The notes below the pieces were generated by a model. That model was not told where the DNA came from, ran no database searches, and saw only the letters and a program-made list of their open reading frames with translations. DNA of 64,000 nucleotides, taken from the NCBI GenBank assembly GCA_963770565.1, contig CAVYQE010000011.1:448001-512000 (forward strand), written 5' to 3'. Position 1 is the first letter of the stretch, and every line of letters starts with the position of its first letter. Below are positions 29,859 through 39,373 of the stretch, in pieces. Source of the stretch: an uncultured Actinomycetota bacterium (GTDB lineage Bacteria; Actinomycetota; Actinomycetes; JAFAQI01). Both the position numbers and the translations under genes were made by a program.

Positions 29859-31230
29859 TCAGGCGTTGGTCGGCAGCAGTTCTCCGGTCAGCGGGACTGC
29901 GTTGTTGCCTGAGTTGTCGACGACCTGCATCTCGTACGGGAAGGCGCCGGTGCCCTTCTTCCACTGTGCGCCGACTGGGTGGAGGATCGCGACACCGGGA
30001 ACCGGTCCGGCCGCGAAGTTGAGCGGGCCGCACATTCCCGTGTAGTTCATCGAACGGAGCTTGGCCGCGACCTGGGTGACGTTGTGCGGGTCGCTGACCG
30101 ACGTGAACGCGTTGTACGCGACCTCGAACAGCGAGTACGTGCTGCCCAGGGCCTGGACCCATTGCTTGTTGTTCGCGCTGGTGAAGGCATCACCTAGTTC
30201 CTTCGAGGTCATCCCGTCGAGCGAGCTCTTGTACGGGTGATCCGGGGTCCACCAGGCGTCGGTTGCGACATTGATGACGAGGTCGCCGAGCGCCGTGCAG
30301 TCCGCAGGGAAGAGCAGCACCTTTGCGACCGTCGCCAGCTTCGGCTTGTAGCCCTGCTGCGCCGCTTGCTTCCAGAACACGTTGAAGTCCGGTGGAAGGG
30401 GAGCGTTGCTGTAGATGTCGCACTTCTTGCTCTTGAACTTGGCGATCATCGATGTGTAGTCGGTCTGCCCGTCGGTGTAGGCCCCGCCGTCAACGGTCTT
30501 GTAGTGCGCCTTGTGCATCAACGGCGGGAACCCGGATCGGAAGGCGTTGCCATCGGGGTCATTGGGATACATCAGCGCGACCGTCTTGTCGTTGCTGATC
30601 CGGTTCCACATCGGGATGAAAGTCGTCCCGAACTCCGGAATGCCGAAGAAGAACATCGTGGTGTAGGTGAACGTCGTACCGGGCTTGGCTCCACGGCCGA
30701 AGTACCACGACTCCCACGGCACGACCGTCGACACACAGGGCACGTGCTGTGCCTCGCAGACGGACGCCACCGGGTTGGTCACCTCGGGTGTCGACGTGAC
30801 CAGCACCATGTCCGCGTGGTTCTGGGTGATCAGCTGCCTGGCTACCTGCGACGCCCGGTTCGGGTCGGACTGGCTGTCCGCGACCACGATCTTGACCGGG
30901 TAGGTCGTGGAGCCGATCTTGAAGCCCTTTCGTGTACTGCGTGGTCTTGCGGATCGTGTCGACGACGAACTGGTCGCTGGTGGCAAAACCGGCGAGCGGG
31001 CCGGTCAGCGGGGTGACGAAACCGATCGTGATCGTCTTTCCGTTGGAGGACGAGGAGTTATTGCCTTTGAGGCTCGAGGAGCATGCGTCGAGGAAGGACC
31101 CACCGCCCAGGAGGGTCGCACCGGCACCGATACCGCGCAGCAAGGTACGGCGACTGAGCGGTGTGTTGAGTGGACCGTCGATCGGACTTGGAGTGCGCTC
31201 AGAGATGTCCTTGCTGCCGCCATCTGCCAT
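29859..31230 (-). pseudogene. ABC substrate-binding (lipo)protein split by a +1 frameshift (real or assembly error)
   Basis: Tat motif SRRTLL, lipobox LDAC and IGFVTPLTGPLAGF in one frame; body (DSQSDPNRA...) in another. Junction ACG-AAA-GGG-CTT vs ACG-AAG-GGC-TTC at 30925-30930; total length 1372 = 3n+1. Confidence 0.8.
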
Positions 31231-31291
31231 GGCTTGACTCCCATTCCCTGCCCGGCGCCCTCGGTGTTTTGGCCAACGGCCAAACGACCGA

Positions 31292-31306
31292 GTTCGCAAT
31301 GCGAAC
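31292..31306. promoter_or_regulatory. IclR/PcaR-type operator
   Basis: Perfect palindrome GTTCGCA-A-TGCGAAC upstream of the ABC operon; same GTTC-N7-GAAC form as boxes at 37816 and 37835. Confidence 0.65.
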
Positions 31307-31454
31307 GAGTGTCCGCGTGCTGGGTCACACTTTCGACGGTGCTGCGAGGCCTGTCAAGGATCGCGGGGTCACGAACGAATTTCGGTGTCACCGGGCCCGG
31401 TGCGCACAGTCCTTCCAGCCCGCGCCGGGCTGACTCCGCTCGCGTGCTCCTTGC

Positions 31455-31826
31455 TCAGTCCGCCAGCGCGCTCTGTGCGACGCGAAACGCGGTGTTCGCC
31501 GCAGGAACACCGGCGTAGACCGCGGTATGCAGCAAGACTTCCGTGATTTCTGCCGCGGTGACGCCAACCCGCAACGCGGCCTTGATGTGCAGCGCGAGCT
31601 CCTCCTGATGGCCAAGCGTCGCCAGCAGCGCGATGGTCAGACAGCTGCGGGTTCGCCGATCCAAACCCGGGCGCTGCCAGACGTCGCCCCACGCGATCCG
31701 GGTGATGAAGTCCTGGAAGTCCGCGGTGAGCTCAGTCGTTGCCGCGACGGCTCGGTCGACATGCTCGTCACCCAGCACCTCGCGCCGGGTCTGCAGACCG
31801 GATTGGCGCCGCTCGTCGTCGTCCAT
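31455..31826 (-). CDS. pcaC: 4-carboxymuconolactone decarboxylase
   Basis: RREVLGDEHVDRA, FQDFITRIAWGDVWQRPGLDRRTRS, HTAVYAGVPAANTAF. Confidence 0.93.
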   Translation of the reverse strand: MDDDERRQSGLQTRREVLGDEHVDRAVAATTELTADFQDFITRIAWGDVWQRPGLDRRTRSCLTIALLATLGHQEELALHIKAALRVGVTAAEITEVLLHTAVYAGVPAANTAFRVAQSALAD

Positions 31827-31828
31827 GG

Positions 31829-32596
31829 TCAGTCCCCTTCGAAGTGCTCGAGGAGCAAGGTGGTGATCCGCTCGGGTCGTTCGACGTTCGCCAGGTGGGC
31901 AGCCGGCTCGACGAGGCACAGTCGGGCGCCGGCGACCGAGGCGACAATCGACTCCAGGTGAGCAGGGGGGATGGCGGCGTCATCGGCCGCGGCGATCGCG
32001 AGGGTCGGGGCGGTGATGGCGGCCAGCCGGTCACGGAGGTCCATCACCGCGATCGCCTCGCAGCAGCCGGCGTACCCCTCGACCGGCGTCGCGCCGAGCA
32101 TCCTGCGGTAGGCCGTGACAACGTCCGGGCGCTCCACGGCGAACCCGGGGGTGAACCAGCGCCCCGTCACCAGGTCCGTGATCGCCGCAAGGCCGCCCGC
32201 CCGCACCGTGGCCGCACGTTCGTGCCAGGCATCGGGCGCCTCAAGTGCGGCCGAGGTGCACAGCAGGCACAGCTGCCGGACCCGGTCCGGCGCCTCGGAG
32301 CCGATCCACATCCCGACCATCCCACCGAGCGAGAGCCCGGCGTAGGCGAAGTGCTCGACACCTAGCGAATCGAGCAGGTCGAGCACGTCGCGCCCGAGCT
32401 CGCCGATCCGGTACGGCGCGGGTGTCAGCTCTGATTCACCGTGGCCGCGGTGGTCGAAGCGAATGACCCGGAACTGCTGAGCCAGCGCGGTCAGTTGCGG
32501 GTCCCACATGGCACGAGTGGTGCCGAGGGAGCTGCCGAGGACCACGACCGGCGCGTCGGGATCGCCGGTGACGTCGTACCCGAGTCGGGCGCTCAC
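31829..32596 (-). CDS. pcaD: 3-oxoadipate enol-lactonase
   Basis: SSLGTTRAMWDPQ, DHRGHG, GLSLGGMVG nucleophile elbow, AAHLANVERP. Confidence 0.92.
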   Translation of the reverse strand: MSARLGYDVTGDPDAPVVVLGSSLGTTRAMWDPQLTALAQQFRVIRFDHRGHGESELTPAPYRIGELGRDVLDLLDSLGVEHFAYAGLSLGGMVGMWIGSEAPDRVRQLCLLCTSAALEAPDAWHERAATVRAGGLAAITDLVTGRWFTPGFAVERPDVVTAYRRMLGATPVEGYAGCCEAIAVMDLRDRLAAITAPTLAIAAADDAAIPPAHLESIVASVAGARLCLVEPAAHLANVERPERITTLLLEHFEGD

Positions 32597-33960
32597 CCGG
32601 CCGGCGCCGACGGGTGCGCCTGGCGGTGCTCGGCGAGCGCGCGATCGACCATGGCGGAGGCGCTCCCGAGCCAGGCCGCGGGGTCGAGCGCAGCCCGGAC
32701 GGTGTCGCCGTCGAGGGCGGAGCCGACCGTGGCGTCGGCGAGCAGTACGTCGGCGAAGCCGCGGCCGCTTGCGACTGCCTCCTTGGCACAACGCGCCACG
32801 ACCCCATGCGCGGCGGCCCGGCCGATAGCGGGGCTCAACCGGCTGGCAATGCTCTCGGCCATCACGAGGCCGTTGGTCGCGTCCAGGTTCGCCCGCATCC
32901 GCGCCGGGTCGGGGCGCAACCCGTCGAGCATCTCCGAGGTGTGCGCGACGAGCCCGCCGACCACGCTGAGTAGCTCCCGCCATGGTTGCCACTCGCTGTG
33001 CCACGCTCCGGTCGCGCGCTCGTGCTCGGGCGCGGTGGCGAGGAGCGTTCCGACCAGCCCCGGCACTCGAGCGGCGCCGGCCATGACGAGTACCGCTTGG
33101 ACTGGGTTCTGCTTGTTCGGTAGCGACGACGAGCCGCCCGAGGTCGCGAGCGAAATCTCAGCAACCTCGCTCTGGGCCAGCAGCAGCACGTCGATGGCGA
33201 TCTTCGCGGCCGCCGATGCGACCCCGCCTAGCGCGCCGGCCAGCTCGACGACTCGTTGTCGGTCGGTGTGCCAGGGAAGCACGGGCGCGGCCAGGCCGAG
33301 CCGCTCGGCGTACGCCGCTACCACGGCATCGCCGTCGTCGCCGAAGGCGGCCAATGTGCCGACCGGGCCGCCGAGCTGGACAGCCAGCCGATCGCGGCAC
33401 ACTGTGTCCAGCCGAACCTGCGCGCTGGTCAGCCCGCTCAGCCAGCCCGCGCACTTGCGGCCGAAGGTCGTCGGCGCGGCGGCCTGGCCGAGTGTTCGGC
33501 CGACCATCAGCGTCTCGCGATAGCGCGAGCAAAGCTCAACGCAGGCGTCGCCCGCCAGGCCCATCAAGCCGAGGATTTCGGCGCCGGCCGAATGCGACAT
33601 CAGCATCAGCGCGGTGTCGACGATGTCCTGACTGGTTGCGCCGAGGTGCACCCATGGTTGCGCGTCCGCACTGACCGCATCGCTGATCAGGCCCACCAGG
33701 GGAATCGCCGGGTTGCCGCCGGTCAGGCTGGCCCGGCCGAGCGCGTCGATGTCCACCATCAGCCCGTCGCAGGTTGCGGCGATCTCCGCGGCTGCTTCCC
33801 GCGGCACGACTCCGACGTCGGCTCCGGCCAGGGCGAGCGCGCCTTCCGCCCGCAGCATCGACGAGACGAACGCCGCGTCGTCCAGCAGTGCGTCGACCGT
33901 GCCGGCGCCGAACAACGGTCCGGTCAGCCCGTGGCTAGAGGTCGAAGAAGACAGTTTCAT
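32593..33960 (-). CDS. pcaB: 3-carboxy-cis,cis-muconate cycloisomerase (start uncertain)
   Basis: VHLGATSQDIVDTA, QLGGPVGTLA, GGSSSLPNKQNPV, EHERATGAWHSEW. Confidence 0.92.
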   Translation of the reverse strand: MKLSSSTSSHGLTGPLFGAGTVDALLDDAAFVSSMLRAEGALALAGADVGVVPREAAAEIAATCDGLMVDIDALGRASLTGGNPAIPLVGLISDAVSADAQPWVHLGATSQDIVDTALMLMSHSAGAEILGLMGLAGDACVELCSRYRETLMVGRTLGQAAAPTTFGRKCAGWLSGLTSAQVRLDTVCRDRLAVQLGGPVGTLAAFGDDGDAVVAAYAERLGLAAPVLPWHTDRQRVVELAGALGGVASAAAKIAIDVLLLAQSEVAEISLATSGGSSSLPNKQNPVQAVLVMAGAARVPGLVGTLLATAPEHERATGAWHSEWQPWRELLSVVGGLVAHTSEMLDGLRPDPARMRANLDATNGLVMAESIASRLSPAIGRAAAHGVVARCAKEAVASGRGFADVLLADATVGSALDGDTVRAALDPAAWLGSASAMVDRALAEHRQAHPSAPAG

Positions 33961-34507
33961 CCCTTCCCTGAAGGTGGATGTCGAACTGCAGCATGTCACC
34001 AGCGGGCCGGGCGATCAGGGTGCCGCGTCGCGTGGGATCGACGCTCGACAGCACCGGATCCGCGCTGTTGGCGGCGGTCTCGTCGGGGAAGTAGATCCTG
34101 GTCACCACCCGGTCGAGCAGGCCTCGGCCGAACACGGATACATCCAGGTGAGGAGCCTGGGCCCGGCCATTGAGATCGGGCAGTGCGCCGGGCTTGATCG
34201 TGGTGACGTGCCAGCGTCCCTCGCGATCGGTCGCGCTGCGACCGAAGCCGCGAAAGCTGCTAGGTGTCGGCAGCATGCTGCCGCGCGGGTCGTCAGGGTG
34301 GCTAAAACGACCGTCCGCGTCCGCCTGCCAGGTCTCGATCAGACCGTCCGGTACTGGGACGCCCTCGCCGTCGTACAGGTGCCCGCCGATCTCGATCGCG
34401 CCCGGCGTGCCCGGCGGCACGACGTCCGAGCCGTCCGCCCAGCTCATCCCGATGGTCAGGAACGGGCCTACTGTCTGCGATGGCGTCAGGGGGAGGCGCT
34501 CAGTCAT
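33935..34507 (-). CDS. pcaG: Protocatechuate 3,4-dioxygenase alpha subunit
   Basis: TPSQTVGPF, IETWQADADG, TIKPG, QAPH, GLLDRVVTRIYF, LQGRDETVFFD. Confidence 0.95.
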   Translation of the reverse strand: MTERLPLTPSQTVGPFLTIGMSWADGSDVVPPGTPGAIEIGGHLYDGEGVPVPDGLIETWQADADGRFSHPDDPRGSMLPTPSSFRGFGRSATDREGRWHVTTIKPGALPDLNGRAQAPHLDVSVFGRGLLDRVVTRIYFPDETAANSADPVLSSVDPTRRGTLIARPAGDMLQFDIHLQGRDETVFFDL

Positions 34508-35219
34508 CTGATCCGCTCTCGAAGGGGGTCGCCTCGCGCCCGCGTAGCACGATGTCGAAGGCATAGCCGAGCGCCCACGACTCCACCGTGGCGGCATGGT
34601 CGTACGAAGAGATCAGCCGCAGGCGACCGGCCTTGTCCGGAATCGAGTTGATGATCGGGTCTCGGGCCAGCATCGGATCGTCGGGGAAGTACATCTGTGT
34701 CACGAGGCGTTGCGTGAAGGCACGTCCGAACAGGGAGAAGTGGATGTGTGCAGGGCGCCAGGCGTTCGGATGGTTTCCCCACGGATAGATCCCGGGCTTG
34801 ATCGTCGTAAAGCGGTAGCGGCCGTTCGCATCGGTTACGACCCGTCCGTGGCCCGTGAAGTTCGGGTCGAGCGGACTCGGCCAGTTGTCGACGGCATGGC
34901 GGTAGCGGCCGCCTGCGTTCGCCTGCCAGATCTCGACCAGCGTGTTCGGGACTGGCCGGCCGTCACCGTCGAGGACGCGGCCGTGCACGATGAGCCGTTG
35001 CCCGATCGGCTCCCCGGCATGCTGCCGGGTGAGGTCGTCGTCGTTCGGTTGCAGGCGCTCGCCGCCGAACATCGGGCCGGTGACCTCAGTCAAAGCCTGG
35101 GGAAGCATCACCAGCGGCAAGCTTGGAGCCCGCAACCTTGTCGATCGGTAGTCCGCGCTGGCAAGCGGTGGATGTACCTCGGGCTCCCTTCGGTATGACG
35201 GCAGGTGCAGCGCGGCCAT
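34500..35219 (-). CDS. pcaH: Protocatechuate 3,4-dioxygenase beta subunit
   Basis: EIWQANAGGRYRH, LDPNF, YPWGNHPNAWRPAHIHFS, QMYFPDDP (Fe ligands Y, Y, H, H). Confidence 0.96.
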   Translation of the reverse strand: MAALHLPSYRREPEVHPPLASADYRSTRLRAPSLPLVMLPQALTEVTGPMFGGERLQPNDDDLTRQHAGEPIGQRLIVHGRVLDGDGRPVPNTLVEIWQANAGGRYRHAVDNWPSPLDPNFTGHGRVVTDANGRYRFTTIKPGIYPWGNHPNAWRPAHIHFSLFGRAFTQRLVTQMYFPDDPMLARDPIINSIPDKAGRLRLISSYDHAATVESWALGYAFDIVLRGREATPFESGSDD

Positions 35220-35250
35220 GTCTCGGTCACCGGATCCTTCCGTTTGAACG

Positions 35251-36063
35251 CTAGGCGTGCTGGGTTCGGTTCGTCTTGCTTGACTGGCCGGCGGACAGGT
35301 CCGCTTCGATCGCGGCTGCGGTCTCGCGGAGGTGGGGGAGCAGCTCGCGACGGGCGGCGTCTGCGCTGCCTCGACCGACATGCATCGAGACGTTGAGAGC
35401 CGCCACCACCTTGCCGTCGACGTCGTGGACTGGAACCGCGATCGATCTCAACCCGACCTCCAGTTCCTGGTCGACCAGGGCGAAGCCGGCGCTGGCGACC
35501 CGCTGCACTGCGGCGCGGAGCTCGGCGGGTTCGCTGATCGTCTTCGGGGTGATCTGACGCAGTTCGGTGCCGGCCAGGTAATCGTCCAGCTCGGCCGGAC
35601 TAAGCCCGGCGAGAAGGACCCGTCCCATCGAAGTGGCGTAGGCGGGGAAACGGGTCCCCACATTGATTGCGACCGTCATGATGCGTCGAGTCGGGACCCT
35701 GGCGACGTAGGTGATGTCGCCGCCGTCGAGCACGGAAAGCGAGCAGGACTCGTGCACTGTCGCGGCGAGGGACTCCATGTGAGGCTGGGCGACGTCGGGC
35801 AGCGCGATGGCGGACAGGTAGGCGTAACCCAACTCGAGGATCCGTGGACGTAGAGAAAACAGCTTTCCGTTGGTGCGGACGTATCCAAGGTCGACCAGGG
35901 TCAGCAGGAACCGGCGGGCAGCCGCTCGCGGCAGCCCGGTCGCGCGAGCTACGTCGCTCAGGCTGAGGTCAGGATGCTCTGCGTCGAAGGCTCGGATTAC
36001 TGCAAGGCCACGTTCGAGTGACTGCACGAAATCCGTGCTTCGGGCCCTGCCGGCGTCACCCAT
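35251..36063 (-). CDS. pcaR: IclR family regulator PcaR
   Basis: FVQSLERGLAVIRAF, ARRFLLTLVDLGYV, GTRFPAYATSMGRVLLA, DQELEVGLRSIAVP. Confidence 0.92.
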   Translation of the reverse strand: MGDAGRARSTDFVQSLERGLAVIRAFDAEHPDLSLSDVARATGLPRAAARRFLLTLVDLGYVRTNGKLFSLRPRILELGYAYLSAIALPDVAQPHMESLAATVHESCSLSVLDGGDITYVARVPTRRIMTVAINVGTRFPAYATSMGRVLLAGLSPAELDDYLAGTELRQITPKTISEPAELRAAVQRVASAGFALVDQELEVGLRSIAVPVHDVDGKVVAALNVSMHVGRGSADAARRELLPHLRETAAAIEADLSAGQSSKTNRTQHA

Positions 36064-36826
36064 CGCCGCCTCGCTGACGGTTGGTGAGGTCGCGCAGCAC
36101 GCGGAGCTCCTCGCTGCCGGGAGGGTCGGTGGTGTGGAGATTGGGGGCGATCAAGAGGTTCCAGCCGGTGTTCTCGCGGGCCTGGGCGACCGTAGCGCCG
36201 GGGTGCAACGCGGTAAGCGTGAGCTGGCTTGTGGCGGGGTCTGGTTGGAGGATGCCGATGTCAGTGATCACGGTCTGCGGTCCGCGGCCGTGTAGGCCAA
36301 GGGCCTCTCGGTCGCCTGGACCCGAACCAAAACCGACCGAGGTGATGAAGTCGACGTGTTCGACGAAGGTGCGACGGTTCTGGCGGACGACGATCACTCC
36401 TTCCTGACAGGAGGCGGCGATCTCGGGCGCTCCGCCCGCGCCGGGGAGCCGGACCGTGGGCGCCGCGTAGTCGCCGATGACTGTCGTGTTGATGTTGGCA
36501 TAGCGATCGAGCTGCGCTGCGGCGAGGAACCCGATGTCGATCCGGCCCGGTTGCAGCCAGTAGTTGAACACCTCCGGAACGGTGATCACTGCAGTCGCGG
36601 TGTCGGCGAGAATGCCGTCGCCGATGGACAGGGGTAGCCGGCTCGGCTGGGCACCTAGACAGCCGGATTCATAGATCAGCACGAGGTCAGGAGCATGGGT
36701 CGCCCGCGCAAGGTTGGCCGCAGTGGACGGCAGCCCGATCCCGACGAAGCACGACGTACCTGGATGAAGTTGGCGGGCGGCGGCGATGGCCATCATCTCG
36801 TCGGCGGACCACCCCAGGCTTGTCAC
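36056..36826 (-). CDS. pcaJ: 3-oxoadipate CoA-transferase subunit B (CatJ/PcaJ-type)
   Basis: FVGIGLPS, LIYESG, RLPGAGGAPEIA, VDFITSVG. Confidence 0.85.
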   Translation of the reverse strand: MTSLGWSADEMMAIAAARQLHPGTSCFVGIGLPSTAANLARATHAPDLVLIYESGCLGAQPSRLPLSIGDGILADTATAVITVPEVFNYWLQPGRIDIGFLAAAQLDRYANINTTVIGDYAAPTVRLPGAGGAPEIAASCQEGVIVVRQNRRTFVEHVDFITSVGFGSGPGDREALGLHGRGPQTVITDIGILQPDPATSQLTLTALHPGATVAQARENTGWNLLIAPNLHTTDPPGSEELRVLRDLTNRQRGGDG

Positions 36827-37662
36827 GACGCGACCGTCCCGGAGGCGGTGCCCGGATCCGTGTCGATGATGTGACGGGTCACCCACTCGGTGAAGGTGTC
36901 GCGGTCCCGGCTGATCGCGTCCCACCGGACGTAGAAGTCGTTGTCCCGGTCGTAGTAGCCGTGCGCGTAGGAGGGGTGGGCGCCGTTCGGGGCAACGGCC
37001 ACACAAGTGATCGCCCAGCCCGGGATGATCACCTGGCCCGGCATCGGCTCCAGTTCCTCCACGATCTCCTCGACCGTGACCAACGAGGTCTTCGCGGCGA
37101 GCAGCGCTTCTTTCTGCACTCCGGTGATTCCCCACATCTGCACGTTGCCGGAGCGATCGGCACGTTGGGCGTGAATCACGGTCACGTCCGGGTTGAGTGC
37201 GGGCACTGCGGTCAAGACCTCACCGGTGAACGGGCAGGTGATCAGTGCGATGTTCTCGGTCTGGTTCATGAGGTCGGTGCCGCGATACCCGCGGAGTACC
37301 GCGAAGGGCAACCCTGATGCGCCCGCGACGTATCGGTTGGCCATCCCGGCGTGGGAGTGCTCCTCGACCTCTAGCGGGACGGGCCAGCCAGAGGTCACGG
37401 CATCGCGGAAGCGGTGCAAAGACCCCACACCCGGGTTGCCGCCCCAGGAGAAGATGACCTTGCGAGCGCACCCCATCCCGATGATCTGGTCATAGATCAC
37501 GTCGGGCGTCATCCGCACGAGCACCAGGTCTCGGCGACCCTGCCGGATCAACTCGTGGCCGGCCGCGAAAGGGATCAGATGGGTGAACCCTTCCATTGCT
37601 ACCGTCGCACCATCGTGGACCAACTCCGCTATTGCGGCCCGAAGGGACACCAGCCGAGCCAT
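36823..37662 (-). CDS. pcaI: 3-oxoadipate CoA-transferase subunit A (CatI/PcaI-type)
   Basis: EGFTHLIPFAAGHE, RMTPD, FSWGGNPGVGSLHR, EEHSHAGM, GAHPSYAHGYYDRD. Confidence 0.85.
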   Translation of the reverse strand: MARLVSLRAAIAELVHDGATVAMEGFTHLIPFAAGHELIRQGRRDLVLVRMTPDVIYDQIIGMGCARKVIFSWGGNPGVGSLHRFRDAVTSGWPVPLEVEEHSHAGMANRYVAGASGLPFAVLRGYRGTDLMNQTENIALITCPFTGEVLTAVPALNPDVTVIHAQRADRSGNVQMWGITGVQKEALLAAKTSLVTVEEIVEELEPMPGQVIIPGWAITCVAVAPNGAHPSYAHGYYDRDNDFYVRWDAISRDRDTFTEWVTRHIIDTDPGTASGTVAS

Positions 37663-37711
37663 CCACCTCTCCCGTCCGACCTCAGGATCGAATCCGTGCC
37701 ATGTCGGCAAT

Positions 37712-37726
37712 GTTCGGCTACCGCAC
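37712..37726. promoter_or_regulatory. IclR/PcaR-type operator upstream of pcaI
   Basis: GTTCGGCTACCGCAC, degenerate GTTCG-N5-CG(A/C)AC box. Confidence 0.5.
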
Positions 37727-37789
37727 TTGCGTACCTATCGTGAACCTACTCGCCGCGTCAATCTCAGGCCACGATCGCAGATCCATCCG

Positions 37790-37849
37790 TTGACGCGGTC
37801 GGGCACCGCGGTTAGGTTCAGGAATAGAACACTAGTTCGCCCAGCGAAC
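37790..37849 (+). promoter_or_regulatory. Promoter plus tandem IclR boxes of the aldehyde dehydrogenase-pobA operon
   Basis: TTGACG-N17-TAGGTT overlapped by GTTCAGGAATAGAAC (37816-37830), followed by GTTCGCCCAGCGAAC (37835-37849). Confidence 0.65.
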
Positions 37850-37880
37850 GCCTGGAGTCTACCCATCGTTGGAGGGCGTC

Positions 37881-39341
37881 ATGACGCTGCTGGACTCGGC
37901 CACCTGGACGGGGCAGGTCTTCTCAGGTGGCTGGCGTGAATCGCTCGGTGGCGCCCGTTCGGTGATTGAGCCGGCGACCGGCGAGTCGCTCGGCAGCATC
38001 GGCGTGGCTGGCGCTGCGGACATCGAGCAGGCTGCTGCGCTTGCGGCCAAGGCAGCTCCGGAGTGGGCCGCGACGCCGTTCCAGGAGCGGGCTGCGATCC
38101 TCCGGCGGGCCGGCGAACTGATCGAGCGCAACCGGGACGAGATCCACTGGTGGATCATCCGAGAGGCGGGTTCGATCCCGCCCAAGGCCGAGCTCGAGAC
38201 CCACGTCGCGGCCCAGGAGTGTTTCGAAGCGTCCGCCCTTCCCTCGCACCCGTTGGGCAAGATCCTGCCGAGCGAGCAGCCGCGGCTGAGCGTGGCCCGG
38301 CGGGTACCGGCCGGTGTGGTCGGCGTGATTGCGCCGTTCAATGTGCCGTTGATTCTTGGCATCCGCTCGGTTGCTCCCGCGCTTGCACTCGGCAACGCGG
38401 TCGTCTTCAAACCGGACCCACGGACGGCGGTGTGCGGTGGCGTCGTCATCGCGCGGATCTTCGAGGAAGCCGGCTTGCCAGCTGGTGTCCTGCACATGGT
38501 GCCGGGCGGTGCGGACGCGGGCGAGGCGATCGTGGCCGACCCGAGGATCCCGGTCATCTCATTCACCGGGTCGACCGCCGCCGGCCGCAAGGTCGGCGAG
38601 CTGGCCGGCCGCCACCTCAAGCGCGCGCACCTGGAACTCGGGGGCAACTCTGCCTTGATCATCCTCGACGATGCGGACGTCGCGCTCGCAGCGTCGGCCG
38701 GGGCGTTCGGCTCGTTCCTGCACCAGGGCCAGATCTGCATGACGACGGGCCGGCACCTCGTCCACGACAAGGTCGCCGATGCTTACATCGAGGCGATGTC
38801 CGAGAAGGCCGGCCACCTCCCGGTCGGCGACCCAGCCCGCGACCAGGTGGCGCTCGGCCCGGTCATCGACGCGGCACAGCGCGACAAGATCCACGGATTG
38901 GTCACGGCCAGTGTCGAGTCCGGCGCGCGGCTCGTGGCCGGTGGCACGTACGAGGACCTGTTCTACCGGCCGACCGTCCTGGTCGATGTCGAGCCGAACA
39001 CGCCGGCGTACGCACAGGAGGTCTTCGGGCCGGTCGCGCCGATCATCCGGTTCGCTTCGCTTGAAGAGGCGGCGCAGCTCGCAGCGGCGACCGACTACGG
39101 ACTGTCACTCGGGATCATTACCCGCGACCCGTTCAAAGCCCTCGAGCTGGCCGCTCGGATCCCGAGCGGGATCGTTCACATCAACGACCAGACCGTCAGC
39201 GATGAGGCGCAGATCCCGTTCGGCGGAGTTGGGGCGTCCGGGACCGGGTCGCGATTCGGTGGGGCGGAGGCGAACATCGACGCCTTCACCGAATCTCAGT
39301 GGGTCACGATGCGGAGCGAGGTTCCGCCGTATCCGTTCTAG
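37881..39341 (+). CDS. (4-hydroxy)benzaldehyde/vanillin-type aldehyde dehydrogenase
   Basis: IAPFNVPLIL, KPDPRT, FTGST, LELGGN, HQGQICM, EVFGP, C-terminal YPF; GGAGG SD. Confidence 0.88.
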   Translation: MTLLDSATWTGQVFSGGWRESLGGARSVIEPATGESLGSIGVAGAADIEQAAALAAKAAPEWAATPFQERAAILRRAGELIERNRDEIHWWIIREAGSIPPKAELETHVAAQECFEASALPSHPLGKILPSEQPRLSVARRVPAGVVGVIAPFNVPLILGIRSVAPALALGNAVVFKPDPRTAVCGGVVIARIFEEAGLPAGVLHMVPGGADAGEAIVADPRIPVISFTGSTAAGRKVGELAGRHLKRAHLELGGNSALIILDDADVALAASAGAFGSFLHQGQICMTTGRHLVHDKVADAYIEAMSEKAGHLPVGDPARDQVALGPVIDAAQRDKIHGLVTASVESGARLVAGGTYEDLFYRPTVLVDVEPNTPAYAQEVFGPVAPIIRFASLEEAAQLAAATDYGLSLGIITRDPFKALELAARIPSGIVHINDQTVSDEAQIPFGGVGASGTGSRFGGAEANIDAFTESQWVTMRSEVPPYPF

Positions 39342-39373
39342 CCGGGCTCTAGTGCTCCGTCTAGGTTCGTCGT

